Shown here in pieces: positions 1-7,811 of a stretch of DNA of 16,496 bases. How positions within the stretch are numbered: the stretch's first letter is position 1; every line of letters starts with the position of its first letter. Below the pieces are notes generated by a model that was given only the letters and a program-made list of their open reading frames with translations, was not told the DNA's origin and made no database searches. Source of the stretch: an uncultured archaeon (lineage in GTDB: Archaea; Thermoplasmatota; Penumbrarchaeia; JASLWR01); NCBI GenBank assembly GCA_964342815.1, contig CAYFHS010000033.1, positions 1-16,496 on the forward strand. Reading direction: 5' to 3'. Position numbers and translations under genes: made by a program.

Positions 1-156
1 TCAAAAAAAGTAAAAAATGTTATTCTAATTCGAGTTTAGCGTCAAGGCCTATTAAAACTAGTGTTCTCCTATCGAATATCATACATCTACTTCCATCACT
101 AACCAGTATGTTGGACAACACACAAATTAGTTTCAGTTATAAAATAAGACTCTCTC

Positions 157-173
157 TTTATAAATTCCTTTCG
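157..173 (-). promoter_or_regulatory. Candidate archaeal BRE-TATA promoter firing leftwards
   Basis: Minus strand reads CGAAAGGAA (173-165, purine-rich) directly followed by TTTATAAA (164-157). This is the archaeal BRE+TATA layout. No transcript evidence. Confidence 0.4.
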
Positions 174-279
174 TTACCACAAAGCGATTTTTAAAATGAA
201 AAATTTTTGGAAAAAGGCATAGGATCAAGTGTCTCATTCCACATACATTTCTGGTTTTGGAAGTATACTGAGGACATTT

Positions 280-486
280 GGGTCGGCTGAGCCGACCCTC
301 ATTAGTCATTCCGACATTATTTTTTGGGTCGGGCCTGCGTTTCTTACACTCGCCCGCAGGAAACAGAATGTTTCCGAGGGTGCAGGGGTATCTCTGATGC
401 ATCCGTAGGGTTGCACCCCGAGGATGCAGATGCATTTCTAATGCATCGTAGCGAAGCGTGCACCGGAGTGAAACGGGCACAGACCC
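280..486. ncRNA. Candidate structured RNA or palindrome cluster of unknown class
   Basis: Complementary segments read directly: 280-287/291-298, 326-330/482-486, 334-339/355-360, 359-365/369-375, 378-384/412-418, 398-404/422-428, 429-435/441-447 and 458-465/474-480. The segment is GC-richer than its AT-rich flanks. I recognise no known RNA family. Confidence 0.35.
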
Positions 487-544
487 TCTTTATTAAGAAA
501 TTCTGTCAAACTGCCCGAACACAAAAACCCAGTATATTATTTAT

Positions 545-2395
545 ATGGGACATCTGTTCAAGAAAACTGGTGATATTATAGTCCCCAAAGACCACGGTGG
601 CAGTCCGGAGGCTTTATGGAATGATGAACCCGAAAAAGGGGATGATGGCGATCACTCCATCGGGATAGGGTCTCAAAATATTAAACTCAAGGACCTTTCA
701 ATAAAAGAACTCTACGATAGAATCGATCTTAACAAAAAGACGATCCGGAAGATAATCAAGAGATACCGTAAAAGATATACGAGGTATCGTTACAGACCCG
801 TGGTATTTGCCGTATTGGGATTATTTCTCATCTCCTTCAGCTTCGTGTGGAATCTGCTCATCCTTCCCAGCATGATGGTAATACCCGACGGAATGGAAAT
901 GGAGATCGAGCTCGAGGGAAAAGCCAGAATAATAAACGAAACCGACGGTAGTTTTTCCACCGATAACATTACTGCTACCCTTTCCACAGCATTTGGGGAA
1001 AGCCGAGGGAACAACATAGATGTTACCCAGACGCTGAGCCTAATCAACATGGATACCGGGGAAGACCTGATAAAGAAGTACGAGGGGTTGATGGAGAGTA
1101 CGCGTGATCTTACGGTGGACCGCCGCACCGGTGAAATAGTTGGTGGCGGTTCGGGCCAGATGCTGCTGCCCATGGGAAATATCGAAAAGACGGATTACAA
1201 ATTCTTCAATATCGATACAAACTCCACCGGGATAATTCGATATACAGGGGAGGATGAGAGGAACGGCCTCGATACCCTTGCATTCGAGATGTCCCTTGAA
1301 GGGCAGTACCTGGGACAGTACAAGGCGTCCGGGCCGGTTCCGGCAACCGATATATTCGTCAACGGTAACACAAAATACTGGTTCGAGCACAGAACAGGCA
1401 TCCCGGCAGACGCGGAAAGGGAGATGGAACTTTACATCGATCTCCCCAACCTGAAAAAGATACCGGACGATCTCGTGCAGCAGCGGATACTGCTTGGAAA
1501 CGCCACCCTGGTGGATATGAACGACACCACCCAGACAAAATATATCAGAATGATGGTGCTTATGAACATGAGCACTATACGACAGTGGGGGAAGAACGGC
1601 GAGATACTGGTGGTCTGGGAGAATATGACCGGCTATGACGCCGATACGGGAGAAAAACTCCCTGAAGTTTATCAGTTACCGATCTACGAGAGACTTTTGA
1701 GCGTGAACCAGCTGACGGCCAAACACATAAACGAGCCTAAATTGAAGAGTACGGAAAAGTATCATGAGCGTGAGGGGCAGTGGATGTTTCCCTTCGGAAA
1801 GATCGATCCCAACATCACAAGCTACAAGTGGTTCAACCAGATAACGAATACCACCATGGACTGCGTTCTCAAGGGAAGGGAATCCCATGAGGGAGCCGAC
1901 TGCTACCGCTATCGTATCGAGGGGGAGAATTACCAGATGAAACCTCAGGATTCCAAGCTTGAGAACATGATAATGATATTCGATGGATTTCTGGATTACT
2001 GGGCGGATGCCGAGACCGGGCTGATACATGACACGCACATCAATTTCACCTTCAGCGTTCTCAGCGTGAACAAACCGGATGACTTCGCGAACAAGACCAG
2101 GCTGGCCTCCGCAGACATCTCAATGAGTTCCGAAAGTATCGCCGAATCACTTTCAAACCTTACCCAGGCAAGAGGTTTCTTCCCGTATTCAGGGAAAAGA
2201 TTGATCGTGTTCAAGGCCCAAATGAGTCTGTCTGAAGCCTCCAGCAAAGAACTATCCGATACTGCCGGATCGTTTTCAACTCAGTTATTGTTCGGAGAAA
2301 CCATTGTCCCCTATTCGTGTGCCGCCGTGGGCACGGCTTTTTTACTGGTCGGAGGGTACTGGAAGAGAAAAAGGGATATTTTCTATCTAGAATGA
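545..2395 (+). CDS. Two-TM membrane protein with tandem DUF3068 (PorA-family)-like ectodomains
   Basis: 616 aa ORF. N-proximal TM (VVFAVLGLFLISFSFVWNLLILP) and C-terminal TM followed by KRKR. Two internal repeats carry DUF3068-like motifs: LTVDRRTG / LSVNQLTA, LPMGNIEKTDYKFFN / FPFGKIDPNITSYKWFN, GEDERNGLDTLAF / GRESHEGADCYRY, YWFEHRTG / YWADAETG. Many N-x-S/T sequons lie between the TMs. Confidence 0.7.
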   Translation: MGHLFKKTGDIIVPKDHGGSPEALWNDEPEKGDDGDHSIGIGSQNIKLKDLSIKELYDRIDLNKKTIRKIIKRYRKRYTRYRYRPVVFAVLGLFLISFSFVWNLLILPSMMVIPDGMEMEIELEGKARIINETDGSFSTDNITATLSTAFGESRGNNIDVTQTLSLINMDTGEDLIKKYEGLMESTRDLTVDRRTGEIVGGGSGQMLLPMGNIEKTDYKFFNIDTNSTGIIRYTGEDERNGLDTLAFEMSLEGQYLGQYKASGPVPATDIFVNGNTKYWFEHRTGIPADAEREMELYIDLPNLKKIPDDLVQQRILLGNATLVDMNDTTQTKYIRMMVLMNMSTIRQWGKNGEILVVWENMTGYDADTGEKLPEVYQLPIYERLLSVNQLTAKHINEPKLKSTEKYHEREGQWMFPFGKIDPNITSYKWFNQITNTTMDCVLKGRESHEGADCYRYRIEGENYQMKPQDSKLENMIMIFDGFLDYWADAETGLIHDTHINFTFSVLSVNKPDDFANKTRLASADISMSSESIAESLSNLTQARGFFPYSGKRLIVFKAQMSLSEASSKELSDTAGSFSTQLLFGETIVPYSCAAVGTAFLLVGGYWKRKRDIFYLE

Positions 2396-2790
2396 TCCAG
2401 TACGAACTTGTAACCGTAATGTATGGTACCGCTGACACCGTCCTCCGATACACGCCTGAAAACGGAACGAACCCTGCTCCCTATTGCCAGATCACCGTTC
2501 GTGCAGTCGGTTATTTGCCCCAGGACGCTGGGCCCTTCGTCCAGCTCTATTATGGCCAGATGATAAGGCACCTGACTCTCGAAGTCCGTGGGAGCCTCAT
2601 GGACCGTGGTGTGGGTAAGTATGGTCCCCCTGCCCGATAATTTTTCCGGGATCATCTGATCGATGGATACACGCCGGCATATCTTGCATATCTCCTTTGG
2701 CGGGAAAAAAACCGTTCCGCACAGCGGGCATTTCGAGCCCACGAGGTTGTAGCGTATCGGTATCTCTCTCCAGAATCTTGGAATGGTCAT
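2383..2790 (-). CDS. DUF35 Zn-ribbon/OB-fold protein, scaffold subunit of the thiolase/HMG-CoA synthase complex
   Basis: PRFWRE N-terminus, CPLC...CKIC Zn ribbon, OB-fold segment (GTILTHT...PYHLAIIELDEG..VLGQI) and C-terminal GTIHYGYKF. Directly downstream of the thiolase and HMGCS genes. Confidence 0.93.
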   Translation of the reverse strand: MTIPRFWREIPIRYNLVGSKCPLCGTVFFPPKEICKICRRVSIDQMIPEKLSGRGTILTHTTVHEAPTDFESQVPYHLAIIELDEGPSVLGQITDCTNGDLAIGSRVRSVFRRVSEDGVSGTIHYGYKFVLDHSR

Positions 2791-3957
2791 CTATACCGCC
2801 TCCATCACGTGAATGACTGCAGTCCCGCCGGAGCCACCCATGTTATGTGTCAAACCGAATCTGGCATCGTCCACCTGTCTCTTTCCGGCCTTTGCCTTCA
2901 ATTGGTGATATATCTCCACCGCCTGTGCGATACCCGTGGCGCCAAGCGGATTTCCCCTGGCCTTCAGACCACCGGAGGTGTTTATGGGAATATCCCCGCC
3001 CAGTTGGGTCCTGCCGTCGTCCACGGCTTCGCCACCCTTCCCCTTCTCCACAAAGCCCAGATCCTCCATGGCCATCAGCTCGGAAATGGTGAAAGAATCA
3101 TGTACTTCCGAGACATGGATGTCACTTATGGCGACTCCGGCCATATTCAAGGCCCGCTGCGCAGCGACGTTTGTGGCATTGCAGGTGGTAAGCGACATCC
3201 TGTCATGCAGGGCCAGTGAATCCGTTGCCATTCCCACCCCCTTGATTATCACGGGCTCGGAAGTATATTCTCTTGCCTTCTCGAGCGAGCATAGCACCAC
3301 CGCTGCGGCTCCGTCCGAAATGGGTGCGGCTTCCAACGTAGTCAGGGGTTCGCATACCATGGGAGAAGCTAGAACTGACTCCAGAGTCACCTTGAAGGGA
3401 AATTGGGCTTTGGGATTCAGTGAGCCGTTGTAATGGTTCTTCACTGCAACTTTGGCGATCTGCTCCCTTTTGGTCCCATATTCGTGCATGTGCCTGCGCG
3501 CCATCATGGCCCAGAGCGACGGTTGGGTCGCACCGAAAAAGCACTCCCACTCCTGGTCCACACTGGAAGCTATGGTATCCACGATACTCGCACCGGGCAG
3601 GTCGCTCATCTTCTCGGCCCCGCCCACAACCACCACGTCATAGATACCCGAAGCCACGGCGGAGAAACCCTGTGCAAGGGCCAGACCGCCTGCCGCATCA
3701 CCTCCCTCCACCCGGATCGCCGGGGTGTTGTTTAGCGTCAATCCAACCTCCTCCGCCACCAGAGAAGCGATATGTTCCTGGCGAATGAACAGACCCGAGG
3801 CCATGTTTCCGATGAACAGCGCGTCTATGTTCTTGCCCTGAATGCCCGAATCCTGTATAGCTTCGAGCCCTGCCTCGATCCCGAGCCTCTTGAACGATTT
3901 ATCCCAGATTTCCTGAAAGCGGGTAATGCCGGTGCCGAGTATCGCCACTTCTCTCAT
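2791..3957 (-). CDS. Archaeal/SCP2-type thiolase-fold protein (acetoacetyl-CoA thiolase homologue) with substituted catalytic residues
   Basis: 388 aa. Thiolase motifs VVVVGGAEKM, KVAVKNHYNGSLNPKAQF, APISDGAAAVVL, EVHDxFT, INTSGGLKARGxPLGATG and GLTHNMGGSG are present. The catalytic positions read D87, S288 and N336 instead of C, C and H. Confidence 0.93.
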   Translation of the reverse strand: MREVAILGTGITRFQEIWDKSFKRLGIEAGLEAIQDSGIQGKNIDALFIGNMASGLFIRQEHIASLVAEEVGLTLNNTPAIRVEGGDAAGGLALAQGFSAVASGIYDVVVVGGAEKMSDLPGASIVDTIASSVDQEWECFFGATQPSLWAMMARRHMHEYGTKREQIAKVAVKNHYNGSLNPKAQFPFKVTLESVLASPMVCEPLTTLEAAPISDGAAAVVLCSLEKAREYTSEPVIIKGVGMATDSLALHDRMSLTTCNATNVAAQRALNMAGVAISDIHVSEVHDSFTISELMAMEDLGFVEKGKGGEAVDDGRTQLGGDIPINTSGGLKARGNPLGATGIAQAVEIYHQLKAKAGKRQVDDARFGLTHNMGGSGGTAVIHVMEAV

Positions 3958-5010
3958 CTACTCACCCTCCATCTTGTACTTCTTGAGATTCTTGGCGTAG
4001 GTTCCGTAGTCCACCAACCGATAGTTCGAGATCCAATGACTGATAGTCTTGTTTATCCTCTTCCTGAAAGTTTCTATCCCGGAGGTGACCGTGATGTCGA
4101 ATCCATCGGCCCCCGCCCCCGAGCCGTATGATACGACGAATATCCGGTCCCCCGGATTTGCATCGTCCAGTATTGAAGCGAGACCGATAAGGGTGGCTGC
4201 AGAATAGGTATTCCCTATCTCCTTGACTATAAGACCCTTTGCGAGCTGCGACGGTGTGAAACCGAGCATCTTTCCGGCCTTCGAAGGGAATTTGCTGTTC
4301 GGCTGATGGAAAACGGCATAATGGTAGTCATCGGGAGTGGTTCCGACGGCGGATAACAGCTCTTTCCCACAGGAGACAACATGTCTGAAATAGGCCGGCT
4401 GGCCGGTGAACCTCCCTCCATGGCTGGGATACTTCATCCCTCCACGTCGCCAGAAATCGGGGGTGTCAGTGGTGAAAGACACGGTATGGTTTATGGTGGC
4501 GATGGTGTTCTCGATGCCGATGATAAAGGCCGCGGCACCGGCTGCGGCAGTGTATTCGAGAGCGTTCCCGGGGGCGCCCTGAGCGGTATCGGTCCCTATG
4601 GCCAGGGCATATTTCACCATTTTCGACATTACCAATCCCATAGAATTCTGCATTCCTGCGGTACCGGCCTTGCAAGCGAATTCCATATCCGCCGCCATCA
4701 ATCCGGGGGTGGCTTCGAGAGCTTCTCCCACTATGGTGGCTGTTGGTTTTACGGCATAGGGGTGCGATTCGGAGCCTACGAATATGGCACCTATGTCCTG
4801 TGGATCGATCCCCGCTCTTCTCAGCGCGGAGCGCGATGCCTCAACTGCCATGGTGGCCGCATCCTCGTCCTGGGCCGGGACTGATTTCATTTTCACACCA
4901 AGCGCTCGTCCGATCTCCAAACCGTTCCGGCCCCACTGACTGCCAATACTTTCGGGAACTATCCTGTAAAACGGAATATATGCGCCGTAGCCAACTATAC
5001 CTGCATTCAT
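3958..5010 (-). CDS. mvaS: Hydroxymethylglutaryl-CoA synthase, archaeal type
   Basis: Catalytic motifs are intact: VGSESHPYAVKP (Glu), DMEFACKAGT (Cys), FHQPN (His). Also TDTPDFWRR, HGGRFTG, GNTYS and SYGSGAG. AAGGAG RBS upstream. Confidence 0.96.
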   Translation of the reverse strand: MNAGIVGYGAYIPFYRIVPESIGSQWGRNGLEIGRALGVKMKSVPAQDEDAATMAVEASRSALRRAGIDPQDIGAIFVGSESHPYAVKPTATIVGEALEATPGLMAADMEFACKAGTAGMQNSMGLVMSKMVKYALAIGTDTAQGAPGNALEYTAAAGAAAFIIGIENTIATINHTVSFTTDTPDFWRRGGMKYPSHGGRFTGQPAYFRHVVSCGKELLSAVGTTPDDYHYAVFHQPNSKFPSKAGKMLGFTPSQLAKGLIVKEIGNTYSAATLIGLASILDDANPGDRIFVVSYGSGAGADGFDITVTSGIETFRKRINKTISHWISNYRLVDYGTYAKNLKKYKMEGE

Positions 5011-5019
5011 ATTATTTAT

Positions 5020-5025
5020 CTCCTT
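5020..5025 (-). promoter_or_regulatory. Ribosome-binding site of HMG-CoA synthase
   Basis: Minus strand AAGGAG, 9 nt upstream of the ATG at 5010. Confidence 0.7.
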
Positions 5026-5061
5026 TAACCAATAACCGTGAGGAATAAAATGGTGAATCGA

Positions 5062-5763
5062 TCATATTTTCTTCAGCCGCGCCAGCAGTTCACTTAATTC
5101 GAGAGGGGTCTGTCCGAGATAGACGTTCTCGATACTTGCTATCTTCTTAGCCAGTCGGTCAATACTTTCCGGACGCTGATAGATGACCGCGGCGGGGGTC
5201 ATTGGATGCGCCCTTATGGCCACCATGGGTGAACGTCCCATCACCACATCGGAAAAAATCAAACATCTCTCGCTGGACCATCCGTATATCTGGTGGTAGT
5301 CGGAAGAAGAAAAGTTAATAATGGCCTTCAATGAATCGATCACGGTGTAGCCCATTATGTCCTTGTTTATTCGGGGTTGGACAAGTATCTTCCCGTCGAT
5401 AATTTTAATGAAATCCCCCATTTTCATGGGGCAGGCAAATTCCTTGATATCGAGAATTGCATCGGGCTTCTTTTCGAAAATGAAGTTCTTTGCCACCGGT
5501 CCCCCTCTTTCCTTGTCAATGGCAACGAAGGCTTCCACGAACATCTTTATGGTGTTTATCCCGGGCGAAGGCCTTCGACCGCTCTCATAGTCAGAGATAT
5601 ATGAGGGGGTCCTGTCGGTAAACCTGGCAAGCTCCGATGGGGTGATGTGAAATATCTCCCGCCATTTCTTGAGAGTTTCGTTGGGTTTACGGGACATGAC
5701 CAGCTCGCCAGCAATTCTTTGTTTCAAACCGCTACTCATCAGAGAGATGAATGTCTCATCCAT
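5062..5763 (-). CDS. XRE/Cro-type HTH transcriptional regulator, COG1709-like archaeal family
   Basis: N-terminal RIAGELVMS..P.ETLKKWREIF...ELA......PSYISDYESGRRPSPG HTH. C-terminal GYTVIDSLKAI...YGWSSERCLIFS.V.MGRSPMVAIR is characteristic of this family. Confidence 0.88.
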   Translation of the reverse strand: MDETFISLMSSGLKQRIAGELVMSRKPNETLKKWREIFHITPSELARFTDRTPSYISDYESGRRPSPGINTIKMFVEAFVAIDKERGGPVAKNFIFEKKPDAILDIKEFACPMKMGDFIKIIDGKILVQPRINKDIMGYTVIDSLKAIINFSSSDYHQIYGWSSERCLIFSDVVMGRSPMVAIRAHPMTPAAVIYQRPESIDRLAKKIASIENVYLGQTPLELSELLARLKKI

Positions 5764-6209
5764 ATATAATATTGTCGAACTAAATTACTACGATTGACGA
5801 AATAATGTTTCAACTATACTATACATTTGACCCATAAACCATGGATGGGGATAATTAAATCAGCATAACAAATAAACCCTTTTCAAGGTCCAAGTCCATG
5901 TTTTTCATAATTTCGTCATGCACTTGAATCGGTGGTCTCGTTAATAATTTAAAAAAATCCTTAAAGGTATCGAAAAAAATGATAAAAGAATAATTCAATG
6001 GAATAACGCCCCGGGGTGAAGTCCGTGTTTTTTATATAAATGGAGACTTGCCTTACCGGGGCGCCCCCACGGATCAATCCATGAAGGAATCTAGATTATG
6101 GTAAAGGGAGACTTAATAATTTTTGTCATTATTTTCAATTAAGCATTATATATCCAAAGATATTCCAAATCGTTGAATATGATAGACTCATAAGGGCCTC
6201 TCCATAAAC

Positions 6210-6217
6210 TTTATAAT
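6210..6217 (+). promoter_or_regulatory. Candidate TATA box for the 6283 gene
   Basis: TTTATAAT preceded by CATAAAC, about 65 nt upstream of the ATG. Motif only. Confidence 0.35.
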
Positions 6218-6282
6218 CCTTTTAGGCAATCGGCCTTCCATATAACATTTCCTCCAGTAATTACGAAAAGGTATGAATTACC

Positions 6283-7698
6283 ATGAATAGAAAATGGATT
6301 GCCGGAATGATCATTGTCCTTATGTTGATCTTGTTCTCGATCTCATTTTCCAAGGTCTGGTTAATTATAGTTGAGGAAGAATCATTTCTCGATAAAGCCT
6401 CAGTGGTGACAGAACGGGAGGGCCAACCCGATCAAAGGCTTTCGAAAAATGTATCCAGGGCATCAATCGAAATTGAAGATATGAGGCCGGAAAACAACAG
6501 TATCATCAACACTACAACCGTTACCCTTACATGGAAAATCTCGGAAGATAAAAACGTCACCATTTTTACGATATACGTGGGAGAATCCAAGGATAACATG
6601 GCCAAACGTTCTACCTCGAAAAATTCCTCTTACAAAGTGGAAAACCTGATTTACAGCAAGACCTACTTCTGGAAAATAGTGACTGAAATTGATTCTAATA
6701 TTTCGGAAAGCGCCGTTTATAATTTCAAAATAATTAAAGGGGGATCCAACTCTACAACCCCATCCGGGGAAGAGAAAGATTATCTCCCCATCATTCTCGG
6801 CGTGGCGCTTCTTCTATTCGTCATAATTGCATTCGTGTTTATGAGACGACAGAGACGTAAAGACGAAATGGAGATACGGAAACTCGGTACCTTCGAGAAT
6901 GACACAATAGATGCGGAGATCGAACACGTACCCAAACCCGGGAAAGCAATGAACGCATACGAGACCCGGCCGACCTTCAAGCCGGAGATACACAGAACTG
7001 ATGAAGGTCCACTGTATCAACAGGAAGAAAGAATACCTGCAATGGAAAATGAAATCCCGACAGCTTCGGTTGTTTCTCTCATAAAAGCAATGGAAATGCT
7101 GAGAGCGCGGACTGCGGCAGCCAAGCGAAGAGATGATTTCGATATTTCGAATATTCATCTTCCCACGGAAAGAGAGGTCGGGAGCTTGGCAGAACAGGCA
7201 TCGGATGAAGTTCTTGCCCTCCCGGCGCCAAAGATAATAGAAGTCAAAAAGGAGCTGCAGAAGGTACCTATCGACGAGCTTTTTCTCATAACGCCCAGCG
7301 GATTGCTCGTGCAGCACTATTCGCTGGAGAGGGAGAGCGGCCTCAACGAAGATGTTCTTGCAGGTATGCTGACCGCGGTCAAATCCTTTATTAGCGATTC
7401 CTTATCTCTCCTCGATAAATCCGCCGACGGGAAAAGTGAGATAAACCGGATCGATTTTGGTAAATATTCTGTTCTGATGTATTCCGGAAATACCTTGTCG
7501 CTGGTGGGTATCACCTCCCATGAAGAAAAAGAAAAAGTAATGGATCAGTTGAAAAAATGTCTTGCTATACTCGAGGAGAGATTCGGTCATATTATCAAGG
7601 ATTGGGACGGAGATACGAGCAAAGTAGAGGATATCAAACCGTGGATAGAACAGATGGTGAAGGGAGAGTTGGTCACAGGGGATAATGCGGAGAATTAG
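6283..7698 (+). CDS. Membrane protein: N-terminal anchor, FN3-like ectodomain, TM helix, cytoplasmic longin/roadblock-like C-terminal domain
   Basis: 471 aa. Hydrophobic N-terminus. FN3-like pattern at about aa 66-149 (RPENNS..TTVTLTW...IYVG...YKVENL.YSKTYFWKI...S.VYNF) with sequons. TM at aa 167-187 followed by RRQRRK. C-terminal IDELFLITPSGLLVQH...DVLAGMLTAVKSFISDS...INRIDFG...WDGD domain. Confidence 0.8.
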   Translation: MNRKWIAGMIIVLMLILFSISFSKVWLIIVEEESFLDKASVVTEREGQPDQRLSKNVSRASIEIEDMRPENNSIINTTTVTLTWKISEDKNVTIFTIYVGESKDNMAKRSTSKNSSYKVENLIYSKTYFWKIVTEIDSNISESAVYNFKIIKGGSNSTTPSGEEKDYLPIILGVALLLFVIIAFVFMRRQRRKDEMEIRKLGTFENDTIDAEIEHVPKPGKAMNAYETRPTFKPEIHRTDEGPLYQQEERIPAMENEIPTASVVSLIKAMEMLRARTAAAKRRDDFDISNIHLPTEREVGSLAEQASDEVLALPAPKIIEVKKELQKVPIDELFLITPSGLLVQHYSLERESGLNEDVLAGMLTAVKSFISDSLSLLDKSADGKSEINRIDFGKYSVLMYSGNTLSLVGITSHEEKEKVMDQLKKCLAILEERFGHIIKDWDGDTSKVEDIKPWIEQMVKGELVTGDNAEN

Positions 7699-7811
7699 CC
7701 AGTTAAATGCACCCTCGACCCACCTGTAATCATTTTCGGTTCGGGTATGAGAAAATTATGTGATAAGAGTTAATAATAAAGGAAGCAATGAAACTGTCAG
7801 ATATCCTAAAA

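Noticed and set aside
326-486. Assignment as hammerhead ribozyme, RNase P RNA, SRP RNA, TPP riboswitch or tRNA
   Set aside because: CTGATGC at 394-400 departs from the hammerhead CUGANGA core and has no properly placed GAAA. I see no GAGGAAAGUCC (RNase P), SRP helix-8 motif, TPP consensus or cloverleaf.
133-581. ORFs 133..480 (-) and 324..581 (+)
   Set aside because: No recognisable domain, atypical composition, and both overlap the palindrome cluster on opposite strands. They are more likely chance ORFs.
2791-3957. Calling the thiolase a pseudogene or sequencing artefact
   Set aside because: It is full length with no frameshift, keeps its structural motifs and has coupled junctions. Three separate catalytic codons are changed, one needing at least two substitutions (Cys TGY to GAT). 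Random error is unlikely, though reads were not available.
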